Origin: Thermodesulfovibrionia bacterium
GTDB lineage: Bacteria > Nitrospirota > Thermodesulfovibrionia > UBA6902
DNA: 64,000 nt
Direction: 5' to 3'
NCBI GenBank assembly: GCA_038918635.1
Contig: JBCKZY010000002.1
Coordinates: forward strand, 6,591-70,590
The position numbers were made by a program, and so were the translations under genes. Numbering within the stretch: position 1 is the first letter of the stretch; the number at the start of each line of letters is the position of its first letter. The notes under the pieces were generated by a model, which searched no databases, was not told the origin of the DNA, and was given only the letters and a program-made list of their open reading frames with translations. This document shows positions 18,394 through 28,668 of this stretch, piece by piece.

Positions 18394-20003
18394 CAGAAAC
18401 TGATCCTCTCATCATTAACTGCCTTTAAGGCGAGCGCGGCGATCGTATGAGTTGGATTTAACGCGCTGGTAGAGTTAAACGCCCCTCCCCCAAGCAGATA
18501 GAGGTTTCTGTGGTCATGGCACTTCATGAATCCGTCAACTACAGATGTCCTTGGATCATCACCACATACATAGCCTCCCATTGGATGGTTCCCGTTTAAA
18601 CCATACCCTCCTTTTTTTATATCCTTCACTCCTTCTTTTTCCTTCAGCTTATTCGCAATAATTTTCATATAACTAAAAGTCCGTTCATCCCTTGGGCTTA
18701 ATTTGAAATCCACCTTTGCTAACGGAATCCCAAACTTATCCTTGACCCCAGAGAGAGTGACTTTATTCCTCTGACGCATTTCAGTTTCAAAGATCAGCGT
18801 AGCCGCAAACCGGTGATCCGCTTCCTGGACCTTTTCAAATAACGTTCTACCCCAATTCCTCTCCTTTATCCTGAGATTATTGAAGATGGCAGTGGGCGCA
18901 GTTCCAATACTCCAGTCAGAATTCCATATCTCCATCATATAGGAGTTAAATCGGACCCTTTCCCTGTGATTCAGTGTATTTATTGCGGAGGACGTTGTGG
19001 GCCTTCCCCTTCCAACAAAAAGTTTCTCTTTCATAATTACTGACATGACAAGGGCCCCGTGAGATGAAAAATAACAACCGAGCAGTCCGCTTGAATTCGC
19101 AATCGGACCGTTTACAGTGTCTGCACTGTTATGCAGTATCCTCAGGTTCTCTATCGTGTTTGCAGCAAGAAAAAAGTACTTTGCCCTGACCTTACTGACC
19201 GTCCCATCTTTCAATATTGATACACTCTCTACTGACCTGTCTCCTCGCAGGTTTATATTAACGCAAGGTTTGCCCATCAACAGAGTGAAATCCTTATTAT
19301 TAAAATGCTTCTTTAATATATGCAGGTCAGGCCTGAAGCGCGCATTCGCGGGACACTTAACAACACATGCTTTTGCCCCAACACAGCCCCCCTCCTCGGG
19401 AGGCAGGTTCTTTACTGAAAAGGCATTTGGCGTGATGTTGAATTCAGGATAGAACACCTTTTTTACCACCTTATCAAGATAACTCTGTCTGAATGCCGGG
19501 TACCGGTAATTGTTCTTCCACGGCCACGAGGGTATATCTTTCGGTCCTGAGGTGAAGAGTGCCTGTTCGACCGTGTCATAGTAAGGAGAGAGTTCATCAT
19601 ACGTAAACGGCCAGTCTCTGCCGTAGCCAAAAAGCGTCCTTGTCCTGAAGTCCTCAGGGGTCATTCTCCATGAGGCCCCGCTCCATACAGCGCCGGAGCC
19701 GCCAAGGCCGTATTTCATGTTATAGTGAAACCCGAAATCCTTATTGACATTCTCAATCTCTACAAGGTCATCAAAGTATTTCTCAGCATTCTTCCAGTAG
19801 TTCCGGTATATATTGGGGTTCTTTGATACGCTTTGCCACTTTTCAAACCAGTATCCGTCTTGCGTGTCAGGAAGGTAAACATCATCCCCCCTCTCGAGCA
19901 TGACCACCTTTAAGCCCTTTGAGAGAAAATGGTCAGCAGCAAGCGAGCCCGTTATCCCTGATCCAACAATGCAGATATCAAAAACTTTATCTGTGGACAC
20001 CAT
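18393..20003 (-). CDS. GMC-family FAD-dependent oxidoreductase (dehydrogenase flavoprotein subunit)
   Basis: 536 aa. N-terminal DICIVGSGITGS Rossmann fold. C-terminal GMC domain with HPMGG. Confidence 0.8.
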   Translation of the reverse strand: MVSTDKVFDICIVGSGITGSLAADHFLSKGLKVVMLERGDDVYLPDTQDGYWFEKWQSVSKNPNIYRNYWKNAEKYFDDLVEIENVNKDFGFHYNMKYGLGGSGAVWSGASWRMTPEDFRTRTLFGYGRDWPFTYDELSPYYDTVEQALFTSGPKDIPSWPWKNNYRYPAFRQSYLDKVVKKVFYPEFNITPNAFSVKNLPPEEGGCVGAKACVVKCPANARFRPDLHILKKHFNNKDFTLLMGKPCVNINLRGDRSVESVSILKDGTVSKVRAKYFFLAANTIENLRILHNSADTVNGPIANSSGLLGCYFSSHGALVMSVIMKEKLFVGRGRPTTSSAINTLNHRERVRFNSYMMEIWNSDWSIGTAPTAIFNNLRIKERNWGRTLFEKVQEADHRFAATLIFETEMRQRNKVTLSGVKDKFGIPLAKVDFKLSPRDERTFSYMKIIANKLKEKEGVKDIKKGGYGLNGNHPMGGYVCGDDPRTSVVDGFMKCHDHRNLYLLGGGAFNSTSALNPTHTIAALALKAVNDERISF

Positions 20004-20145
20004 ATTTCTCCTGATATAAGATGAAGCAGTTTTATCGTATACAAAATTGTAATATTATATATTAACGGTTAACATTTAAACCGGCAACCACTATCTGCCG
20101 ATTTGAGAATGCCTGACGTTAAGAAAGATACGGGCATATATTTTT

Positions 20146-20769
20146 ATGAATTCCAAGAAGCTCGCAAAGAATGCGGTAAGAAAAGGGGCAGTCCAGAAGA
20201 TAAAAGAACTGTCCCCGCTTATCAGTCTCCTTAAGAGAAGAAAATTAAGGACCGTCATCGAGATCGGGACAGCAAAAGGCGGCACCCTGTATGCCTGGTG
20301 CAGGATCGCCCGGCCCGACGCGCTCATCATCAGCATTGACCTGCCGGGCGGACCTTTTGGAGGAGGCTATACTTTTAATGATATGAAGAAGTTCAGAAAA
20401 TTCAGGAGAAAAGATCAGAAACTCTGTTTTCTCAGAAAAGACTCTCACAAAGTCGCCACAAAAAGAGAGTTAATCAAAAGACTGAACGGCCGTAAGATAG
20501 ATTTTCTGCTGATTGACGGTGACCATCGATACCAGGGGGTCAGGAAGGACTGGCAGCTCTATGCCCCGCTGGTAAAGGAAAACGGCATTATCGCATTCCA
20601 CGATATCCTCTTCCATCCGAAGGTTACGAAATGCAAGGTCTACAGATTATGGAATGAGATAAAGGACAATTTTAAGCACATTGAGTTCATCGACATCGAT
20701 GATGACAGGGGCTGGGGTCAGTGGGGCGGCATAGGTGTTCTTTATTATAAGAACCCCGCCTTGAAATAG
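20146..20769 (+). CDS. class I SAM-dependent methyltransferase (CmcI/Methyltransf_24-like, probable sugar O-methyltransferase)
   Basis: 207 aa. Motifs VIEIGTAKGGTLYAW, LLIDGDH and IIAFHDI present. Confidence 0.7.
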   Translation: MNSKKLAKNAVRKGAVQKIKELSPLISLLKRRKLRTVIEIGTAKGGTLYAWCRIARPDALIISIDLPGGPFGGGYTFNDMKKFRKFRRKDQKLCFLRKDSHKVATKRELIKRLNGRKIDFLLIDGDHRYQGVRKDWQLYAPLVKENGIIAFHDILFHPKVTKCKVYRLWNEIKDNFKHIEFIDIDDDRGWGQWGGIGVLYYKNPALK

Positions 20770-21150
20770 ACCGTCTGAAAAGGGGATAATCATTGACTAT
20801 GAAATCCTCTCCCACGGTAACCGTTATAATCGTTTATTACAACGGCTGGCAACATATAAGCGAGACACCTGTCTTAATTATTATTTCAGAAACTTCGAAC
20901 TTGAATGGATCAAGAATAAACCACAGGGCATTATGCTTTTGTTGTCTCCACTCGTTAATGATAGGCGCATCCCCGGCGTTTCTCTGCTTTGCAGTTAAGC
21001 ACGGGAACCCGGGGCTCTATCAGAAGGCAAAGATGGACATGTTCAAACTCCTGCCGGAGATGCTAAATAAATAAAGCGGATAACAGATACCTTTACAGTA
21101 TACTGACTCCCGTTTAGAACAGGGGTTCAGGAGTCCGTAAACAAACAGAA

Positions 21151-23397
21151 ATGACTGAAATCAGCAACAAACAACAGAATTCGGGAACCAGTAAAAAGAG
21201 ACGGCATATCCTTGCCGCCTTATTACTCGCAGTCGCAATATTCCTCGCCTATATGAACTCCATCAATGGCACATGGGCGATGGACGACATAGTTGTAAAG
21301 AAGTCTGTCGGAATAGAGAATCTTGATGATATGGTCGGCTACAGAAAGGTGACCTATTTCACCTTTATGCTGAACAGTCTGGTTGCCCCCGTTAGCCCGG
21401 CAAATTTTAGAATATTCAACATACTAATTCACATCATCAACTCAATCCTGGTTTATATGCTAGCGTTACGGACCGTAAAATCCATACATACAAACAGCGA
21501 GCAATCAGGAGAAGGGAAACTAAATGTGAGCGGTTTTTCGCCTGAAGTCCGGGATCTGTCCTTTTACGCAGCGCTCCTCAGCGGTATTATTTTTGCCCTT
21601 CATCCGATCAACATTAACGCCGTTGCGTATATAGTGCAGCGCATGGCGTCCCTCTCAGCACTTCTGGTTCTCATCTCACTTCACTGCTATATATCAGCCG
21701 CCCGGTCAAAGGGAGGCTTCAGGGCCGCCACGCTATATGTTCTCAGCAGTATGCTTATCGTCGCCGGTATCTTCGCTAAAGAGAACGCCGTTATGGCGAT
21801 TCCGCTGATATTAATCTATGACTACTTCTTTCTTTCAGCTGGGAACAGGGGCCTTTTCTTTAAGAGGATTTTCATTGTCATCGGCATCGGTGTTATCTGT
21901 ATCGGCCTTGCATCCTATCTGCTAAGATTTCACCACACAGCAATATATCTCGCAAATCTCCTTCAGAACCTGAACGAACCTATGATACGAAAAGACTGGA
22001 TGGCCGCAGACGTATACTGGACACCAATTCAACACATTCTCACCGAGTTCCGGGTCGTAGCAAGATACATTTTACTGATACTTCTGCCGCTTCCCCGGCT
22101 CCTTGTCTTTGACTGGTGGGGGTTTCCTGTCTCAAGCGGGATCATCGAACCCTCAACAACGCTTCTCTCCATTTCACTGCTCCTGTCTCTTATTGTTTTC
22201 TCCCTTTACAGTATTAAACGTCTTCCTTTTCTTTCCTTCGGGATACTCTGGTACCTTACCGCCATTTCACTCGAGAGCTTTGCCGCCCTTGGATCCGACC
22301 TCTATTTTGAGCACAGGAACTATCTCCCTATGTCAGGACTCACGGTAGGGATAGCGGGACAGACTGTTGTATCTTTGAAGAACCGAATGAATTACAGGGC
22401 GATATTGGTCACAGCTTCAATACTCTGCTTAACTCTCGGCTCTCTGACTTTCGCCAGAAACTTCGTATGGAAAGACTCCCTGACCCTGTGGGGGGACACG
22501 CTCGGCAAGAGTTCCTCAAACCTCAGAGCGTTGATGGCTATGGGGAACAGCTACCTCTCCCTCTCCGATATGGATAACGCAGAGGTCTATTACAGCAGGG
22601 TAGTTAAGATCGGCAGTAAAGACAAAAGGCTCTTTTTTCTGAATGATTCCATCTACAGTCTCGGGATGATCTATCTCTTCACTGGGAGACTGGATGAGGC
22701 AAATGCGCTTATTACAAAATTCGACGAAGCAATAGTATCTTATAAACCTAAAATTCTTAAGGGTTTCCACAAGGCACTCAATCAAGATCCAGACGGGGCG
22801 CTAAGGGATTACATGAATGTGATCAATATTACAAAGGGGATTGACACAGTTATTGTCCTCACACTGATGGGTGATGCTTACCGTGAAAAAGGTGAAACAT
22901 ACTCAGCGATGAGGCACTATAAAGAAGCGATATCGATTTACCCTGATTTTTCAGCGGCATATTACGGAATGGGCGCATTGTATCTGAATACCGGTGATTT
23001 CGATAAAGCGGATGAATACCTCGGAAAGACCCTCTCGATCGACCCAGATCACGTCCTTGCCCTTTCGGATACCGCCGAAGTAATGATCATGAAAAGGGCA
23101 AGTCCTGAGGACGCCCTCGTCTATGCGAAACGGGCCGTTTTAAAGAAACCTCCATTCTTCCAGCCCTACCTGACAATGGGAAATATCCTGATTCTTCTGG
23201 AAAGAGAGGGTGAGGCGGAAAATTATTATAAGAAAGCCGGCGAACACGGGGCAGAAAAACATCTGGTACTGCTGAGTAAAGCAAGGGCGTATTATATGAA
23301 TGGAGATACAGCGAAAGCCCAGTTTTATTTTTCGGAACTTCAGAATTATGAAGACCTTCCGGAGAATATCAGAAAAATGCTTCAGAGTAATCCATGA
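21151..23397 (+). CDS. polytopic membrane protein with C-terminal TPR repeats (PMT/TMTC-like glycosyltransferase-C-fold family)
   Basis: 748 aa. About 11 predicted TM helices in the N-terminal 430 aa, then TPR-like repeats (AYYGMGALYLNTGDFDKADEY). Confidence 0.65.
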   Translation: MTEISNKQQNSGTSKKRRHILAALLLAVAIFLAYMNSINGTWAMDDIVVKKSVGIENLDDMVGYRKVTYFTFMLNSLVAPVSPANFRIFNILIHIINSILVYMLALRTVKSIHTNSEQSGEGKLNVSGFSPEVRDLSFYAALLSGIIFALHPININAVAYIVQRMASLSALLVLISLHCYISAARSKGGFRAATLYVLSSMLIVAGIFAKENAVMAIPLILIYDYFFLSAGNRGLFFKRIFIVIGIGVICIGLASYLLRFHHTAIYLANLLQNLNEPMIRKDWMAADVYWTPIQHILTEFRVVARYILLILLPLPRLLVFDWWGFPVSSGIIEPSTTLLSISLLLSLIVFSLYSIKRLPFLSFGILWYLTAISLESFAALGSDLYFEHRNYLPMSGLTVGIAGQTVVSLKNRMNYRAILVTASILCLTLGSLTFARNFVWKDSLTLWGDTLGKSSSNLRALMAMGNSYLSLSDMDNAEVYYSRVVKIGSKDKRLFFLNDSIYSLGMIYLFTGRLDEANALITKFDEAIVSYKPKILKGFHKALNQDPDGALRDYMNVINITKGIDTVIVLTLMGDAYREKGETYSAMRHYKEAISIYPDFSAAYYGMGALYLNTGDFDKADEYLGKTLSIDPDHVLALSDTAEVMIMKRASPEDALVYAKRAVLKKPPFFQPYLTMGNILILLEREGEAENYYKKAGEHGAEKHLVLLSKARAYYMNGDTAKAQFYFSELQNYEDLPENIRKMLQSNP

Positions 23398-23483
23398 TAT
23401 AATACCGCTCTACGGTTTAACTTAAACTTGACATACCTCCAATAGAGACGTTATTTTATATAACGTATTAGAAAGGGGCATTT

Positions 23484-25553
23484 TTGATAAAATTATCTTT
23501 TTATATCTATTTCTTTATAATCTTATCCGCATTACTGACCGTCAACACATCTGCTGAAACGATCCATGATCACAATATCTTAATGGCCATGAGCGAAACT
23601 CCGGGAGGGGTAGATTCCGAGGAATCCGAATTTACTCCCTTTGGACCTTCTGTATCCGAACCTGAGACAACGACAGAAATGCCGCCGAATATAATTACGC
23701 CGCGGCAGGAGAGTCAAACAGAACCGCTTCAGCCCTTGACACCTCCGGAACCACCTGCCATGCCTCCACTTAGGCCGGAAGGGGCAGACCCTGCACGCAT
23801 ACAGCGCACGCCTGAAATACCTGCTTCACAAAGCACTCAAGGAACCGTTGTCACAAAAGAGAATATCGAGGAAGGCGGAGGCCTCTTTAATTTCGATGAT
23901 GCCGACGTCTACTCAGTCATACAGACCATATTCGGTGATATCCTAAGGGTCAACTACATAATCGACCAGCGCATCAAAGGCAGGGTAAACTTCAGGTCGG
24001 TCGCGCCCGTTGCAAAGAAAGACATACTCCCTCTCATGGAGGTAATCTTAAGGCTCAACGGCATTGGAATAGTCGAGGCCGAAGGCCTTTACCGGATAGT
24101 CCCGATTAGCGACCTGCCCAAGGAGCCCACATCCGTCGGCTTTGGCAGGGAAATAGAGAGTATTGTAATTGAAGGAACGGCACTAGTACAGATCGTTCCT
24201 GTAAATTATGTACAGTCATCCGAACTGGTTAGAGTGCTGACTCCTTTTCTCTCCACAAACGCGCTGATCGTAGATGTCCCTAAAAGCAACCACATCGTTA
24301 TTGTAGATACCGATTCCAACGTAAAACGTCTGCTCCAGCTTGTCGGGATATTCGACAGCGAAGAGCTGCGACAGATAAAGCCTCAGGTCTTTGTCTATCC
24401 TGTTCAGAACAGCAAGGCAAAAGATATCGCCGATCTGCTTCAGCAGATATTCCTTGGTGAAAAGTCTTCTACAACAACGATAACTAAGACACCTGCCACG
24501 ACAACAAAGACAGCTGGTACCGCAAAGAGTAAGCCGGCGCCTTCCATCAGGAAGACATCGACCCCCGTCACTCCGGATGGAGGAGAGACGCTTGTATCGG
24601 AAGCCACGCGGATATTCCCTGACGAAACAAGCAACACCATAATCATACTCGCAACAAAAGAAGATTATTCCATAATAGCCGAAACGATAAAGAAGATCGA
24701 CCTGGTCCCGAGGCAGGTCATGATTGAGGCGATCATTGCAGAGATATCCCTGGATGACAAACTGGAGTTCGGACTCGCATGGTCCCTGAAGACCGACCTT
24801 GATCTTGGCAATACCATCAACCTCGACGGGAATCTCGGGTTAAGATCAGATACCCTCTCGGCGGTGGACCCTCTGAGTCTTGCAGGCTTTGCCTTTGCAG
24901 GGGTTGACTCAGCAGGAATCGTAAGGGCGCTCATTGAATCCCTTGCATCAGACAACAAGGCAAATATACTTGCCTCACCACATATCCTCGTTTCTGATAA
25001 CCGGGAAGCATTGATACAGATCGGCAAACAGGTTCCGATAGCGACGTCGGAGACCAACCTCTCCGGTACATCTCAAATCCAGAGGACGATCCAGTACAGG
25101 GATACCGGTATCATACTCAAGGTAAAACCGCAGGTAAACGAGGGCGGACTTGTCTCGCTCGATATCTCACAGGAGGTATCCGACTTCGACCTGGTGTCAA
25201 TTTTTGACTCCCAACAGGTGGTAATCAAAAAGACAGAGGCCACAACAAGTCTGGTGGTACAGGACAACCATACGATAGTCATTGGTGGACTCATCAGGGA
25301 GGACACTTCAAAATCAAGGTCGGGTATACCCTTCCTCAGCAAGATACCCATCCTTGGTTATCTCTTCGGCAAAACGTCCGACAATTATGAGCGGACAGAA
25401 CTGGTTATACTCCTGACCCCTCATGTCATCAGGAACCAGAAAGAGTCTGAGGACATTTCATCTCAGTATATAGATAGAATACATGATTTAAGGAACGACA
25501 TTAAAACGCTGAAGCTAAAAGCCGTCGGCAAAGAAGCTCCACCTCAGGAGTGA
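23484..25553 (+). CDS. gspD: secretin (GspD/PilQ family) with Pro/Thr-rich linker
   Basis: 689 aa. Signal peptide present. C-terminal secretin domain (VIGGLIREDTSKSRSGIPFLSKIPILGYLFG...LLTPHVI). Confidence 0.85.
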   Translation: MIKLSFYIYFFIILSALLTVNTSAETIHDHNILMAMSETPGGVDSEESEFTPFGPSVSEPETTTEMPPNIITPRQESQTEPLQPLTPPEPPAMPPLRPEGADPARIQRTPEIPASQSTQGTVVTKENIEEGGGLFNFDDADVYSVIQTIFGDILRVNYIIDQRIKGRVNFRSVAPVAKKDILPLMEVILRLNGIGIVEAEGLYRIVPISDLPKEPTSVGFGREIESIVIEGTALVQIVPVNYVQSSELVRVLTPFLSTNALIVDVPKSNHIVIVDTDSNVKRLLQLVGIFDSEELRQIKPQVFVYPVQNSKAKDIADLLQQIFLGEKSSTTTITKTPATTTKTAGTAKSKPAPSIRKTSTPVTPDGGETLVSEATRIFPDETSNTIIILATKEDYSIIAETIKKIDLVPRQVMIEAIIAEISLDDKLEFGLAWSLKTDLDLGNTINLDGNLGLRSDTLSAVDPLSLAGFAFAGVDSAGIVRALIESLASDNKANILASPHILVSDNREALIQIGKQVPIATSETNLSGTSQIQRTIQYRDTGIILKVKPQVNEGGLVSLDISQEVSDFDLVSIFDSQQVVIKKTEATTSLVVQDNHTIVIGGLIREDTSKSRSGIPFLSKIPILGYLFGKTSDNYERTELVILLTPHVIRNQKESEDISSQYIDRIHDLRNDIKTLKLKAVGKEAPPQE

Positions 25554-25795
25554 TTGAATAAAACAACACATTATGTGTATATTACAACACAATCACTTAA
25601 CTTCAGGTGCATCTTGTGGGTCAGAAAAAACCTTAATTTACAGTATGTTACATTGAAATCATCCCTGCAATCAACAAATGGTATAATAATTGCAGGTAAT
25701 TTAAATGATTATTATTTGTTTTTGACTAAAACATTTGTAATAAAACTACACATGATTAGTTTTACAAGTATGTTTTCAGTATAGATATTGAGGCG

Positions 25796-26236
25796 TTGAA
25801 TATTAATATACATAGATTTATTTATATAAGTTTTTTTTGCTTGATTATTCTTTCGGGTTGTGTTACAAAATATATAAAAAAAGTCCCGGAAGAAGACAAG
25901 TTGAGGGAGCGTGTTACTCAGTATTGGGGATATAAGATGAATAGAGAATTTGACAAGAGTTATGATTTCGAATATCCTTTATACAGGAAAGCGGTTTCGA
26001 TGGTCAATTATATAGAGCGGGCCCCGAAACATATTCGCCTGCTGAACGCTGAGATAGCAGATATACAGATCGAGGGTGAGCGGGCGACTGTGGGACTGAA
26101 CGTCAAGGCATGGATCAGCCTGACGCAGTTCCGGATGAAAAAGGGCGATTCTTATACTACATACAGGGAAGAGAGATGGGTTAAGGCAAGTCAAGAATGG
26201 TATCATCTGCCAAAAAAATTTCAAATAGGTAATTAA
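25796..26236 (+). CDS. lipoprotein, unknown function (candidate pilotin/accessory of the secretin)
   Basis: 146 aa. Lipobox LIILSGC. Lies in an AT-rich islet immediately after the secretin. Confidence 0.45.
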   Translation: MNINIHRFIYISFFCLIILSGCVTKYIKKVPEEDKLRERVTQYWGYKMNREFDKSYDFEYPLYRKAVSMVNYIERAPKHIRLLNAEIADIQIEGERATVGLNVKAWISLTQFRMKKGDSYTTYREERWVKASQEWYHLPKKFQIGN

Positions 26237-26347
26237 ATTTATGACAAAGGAGGTGAAATACAACTTTACTTGCATTTTTGATTTATTTCGAATAAACTTA
26301 ATCATGCTGGCTTTGTCAGCAAAAGAGTACAAACTTTAGGAGGAGAA

Positions 26348-27655
26348 ATGGTTAGAAAAAGCATATTTTCAGTAATGTTAGTTATTATGATGGTCTTTGC
26401 CGCTGGAATGGCATCTGCTTATGACATTGACGGCCTGACATCAGACACAGATCTTGGCGGGTACAACGTTTTTGTCAATCCCGGCAACCTCGGGGATACC
26501 CTTATCGGTGGGTATTACAACGTAAGGGGTATGGCAAACTTTTTCACGATTGTGAATACAAGTGATGTGTCAGGTGTAATTGCTAGGATAAGGTTCAGAG
26601 AAGCTACAGAAAGTGACGAGGTGCTAGACTTCAACATCTGCCTCAGTAAAAATGATGTGTTCGCAGGTATTATTGTGGACGACTCCAATCAGGCAAGGAT
26701 TCATCAGCTTGACAGTGACACGACCCTTACCAACCCTGTTCTTGCCAGTGGAGTAGGAGAAGATTTTAAGCATAATGGAAACAATGGGCTGGCTGATGTA
26801 ACTGCGGACGAGACAAAAGAGGGTTACTACGAGATCATAGGACTCACTACAACTGTAGCGGAGCCGACTACTTGTCCGAAGGTAACTACCTCGCAAGGTG
26901 CTAGTAACGATGTTCCCAATGTTCTCACAGGTTCACATTTCATGAAGGTTAATGGTTCAGATGATACTTATGCATATAGAATGCTTGCACTTGCTGATTT
27001 CCAGAATGTTGGACTTTCAACCCCTGGTCTTACAACCCAGTCATCCACGCTCGGTGCTAACTCAAACTTTACCATAGAATCCGTTAACTGGGCAGCAACT
27101 AAAGCATCATTTGCATCTGAGTATATGCTTTTCAATGAAGACGACCCTATCACCGGCGAAATCTTTGGCTCATCTTCATACATTGTCAATTTCTTTACAA
27201 AAAATCAGAGCCTAGGGAAGTTTCAATCTTCTCTGGCTTGTCCGTTCGGATATAATGATTATGATGAAGAGCGGTTCCCTGGCGTTAGTATCGGAGTTAG
27301 AATCTGGGATGAGAATGAAAAAGAATTTGTGCAAACCGAGGAGTTCTCTCCTGTTGTGTCAGAAGACATTGAGCTCTGTTACGAGGTCAACGTTATAGAG
27401 CTTGAGACCGACAGTATCCTTGATTCCGGTGTGGTTACCTCTATCTCTGCCGACGAACCCCTTGGCTTTGGTTGGATGAAAGTGGACTTATCGGCCTCAC
27501 AGCCATCCCATGCAACCAGAAATTTTTATGATACTCTTACTACCCGAGGACTCCCTGCTTGGGTTTTGTGGTTGCAGAACGTTAATGGCGCTCTAAGCCA
27601 TGCACAGGAAGTAGCTTATGAGACAGATATTACAATGATCCCAATGCTCCCATAG
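26348..27655 (+). CDS. secreted hypothetical protein (435 aa)
   Basis: Strong RBS aggagg. Signal peptide ending AAGMASA. Followed by a perfect rho-independent terminator. Confidence 0.6.
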   Translation: MVRKSIFSVMLVIMMVFAAGMASAYDIDGLTSDTDLGGYNVFVNPGNLGDTLIGGYYNVRGMANFFTIVNTSDVSGVIARIRFREATESDEVLDFNICLSKNDVFAGIIVDDSNQARIHQLDSDTTLTNPVLASGVGEDFKHNGNNGLADVTADETKEGYYEIIGLTTTVAEPTTCPKVTTSQGASNDVPNVLTGSHFMKVNGSDDTYAYRMLALADFQNVGLSTPGLTTQSSTLGANSNFTIESVNWAATKASFASEYMLFNEDDPITGEIFGSSSYIVNFFTKNQSLGKFQSSLACPFGYNDYDEERFPGVSIGVRIWDENEKEFVQTEEFSPVVSEDIELCYEVNVIELETDSILDSGVVTSISADEPLGFGWMKVDLSASQPSHATRNFYDTLTTRGLPAWVLWLQNVNGALSHAQEVAYETDITMIPMLP

Positions 27656-27696
27656 GACACATTGAACTAGTATGCCAATCTTTAACATGATCGAAA

Positions 27697-27732
27697 GAAG
27701 GAGGGCCATACGGCCCTCCTTTTTTTTTTGCG
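27697..27732 (+). terminator. rho-independent terminator
   Basis: aggagggccatacggccctcct hairpin followed by a T10 run. Confidence 0.8.
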
Positions 27733-27950
27733 GCAGGATTAAACTATGCTAATGGTATATATACATAATAATTTTCTAAAGAAAATAAACCCGTCTATGA
27801 TATCCGTTACCCTAACCACTCATGGTAAACACAGTGGCCTCAATTATGGTATACTATAAATGAAACATCATGTGATTGATATCACATATATATTAAGGTT
27901 TATTCAGATATAGTTATAGAAACAATATAAAGATTCAAAAGGAGGTTATT

Positions 27951-28571
27951 ATGTTGAGAAAAAGCTTTATCATGGCTATTATTATTGTAGCACTACTGGC
28001 TGGTACAGCCATGGCAGTAAAACTTATCATCAAAGACAAATCAGGGTTAGTTATAGATTGGTATACGGTGAGCGACAACATTGAAATCACCGTTGATACC
28101 GATACAACATTTTCTGTGCCTGTTGAGCCCGAACCTGTTGCCCCCGACCCAACAGTATCCGGTGAACCGCCGGGCGTTACAACGCTCGTCAGTGGAATTC
28201 CTATTCGCAACGTCTCCGTTCCAGCTTACGGCACTAAGTGGTATAAATTTAATGTGCCGTCAAGTTATATCGGAGACGAACATGGTATTCAGGTTCTTAT
28301 GGGTACATATGATTGGGTGACTAATCAGGATTTAATGATTAGCTACGGATTACCTTATCCGACACCTGAGGATTATAATCACTCCTTATGGAACGTTAAC
28401 TATAACGCAATAATGGTCAATGGGTCTTTAAGGTGGTCATCGATATATAAAGGCGGCTCTGACGAGTTCATTCAAATATATCCAAATAATTACTCAGGCT
28501 ACTTTTATGTTATGGTTCATAATACTTCAAGCATTGAAGGTAAATTTGAATTAATCATCACTATCTGGTAG
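27951..28571 (+). CDS. secreted protein with C-terminal PPC (pre-peptidase C-terminal)-like beta domain
   Basis: 206 aa. RBS aaaggagg. Signal peptide AGTAMA. PPC pattern: GTKWYKFNV...DLMISYG...GYFYVMVHN...GKFELIITIW. Confidence 0.55.
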   Translation: MLRKSFIMAIIIVALLAGTAMAVKLIIKDKSGLVIDWYTVSDNIEITVDTDTTFSVPVEPEPVAPDPTVSGEPPGVTTLVSGIPIRNVSVPAYGTKWYKFNVPSSYIGDEHGIQVLMGTYDWVTNQDLMISYGLPYPTPEDYNHSLWNVNYNAIMVNGSLRWSSIYKGGSDEFIQIYPNNYSGYFYVMVHNTSSIEGKFELIITIW

Positions 28572-28593
28572 AATCTGGCTACATCTTTTAATT

Positions 28594-28632
28594 GGGGGGG
28601 GGCAACTTACCAAGTTGCCCTTTTTCTTTGTC
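28594..28632 (+). terminator. rho-independent terminator preceded by a G9 homopolymer
   Basis: G9 run at 28594-28602, then ggcaacttaccaagttgcc hairpin and ctttttcttt. Confidence 0.7.
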
Positions 28633-28668
28633 TTCTGTTATAATTTATTTTTTCAAAGGAGGAAATTA

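Noticed and set aside
20793-21074. 93-aa ORF whose N-terminus (PTVTVIIVYYNG) resembles the start of a GT2 (possible glycosyltransferase pseudogene remnant)
   Set aside because: The similarity is limited to about 10 residues. The remainder matches nothing in any frame. Too weak to call.
25554-25784. 76-aa ORF in the AT-rich region after the secretin
   Set aside because: Composition-driven ORF with low-complexity AT-rich codons and no RBS. It is more likely a promoter or leader region for the lipoprotein gene.
28615-28668. Upstream start for the PPIase gene given in the ORF track
   Set aside because: That segment overlaps the terminator hairpin and T-run of the preceding gene. A canonical RBS (ggagg) sits just before the ATG at 28669, which begins a typical signal peptide.
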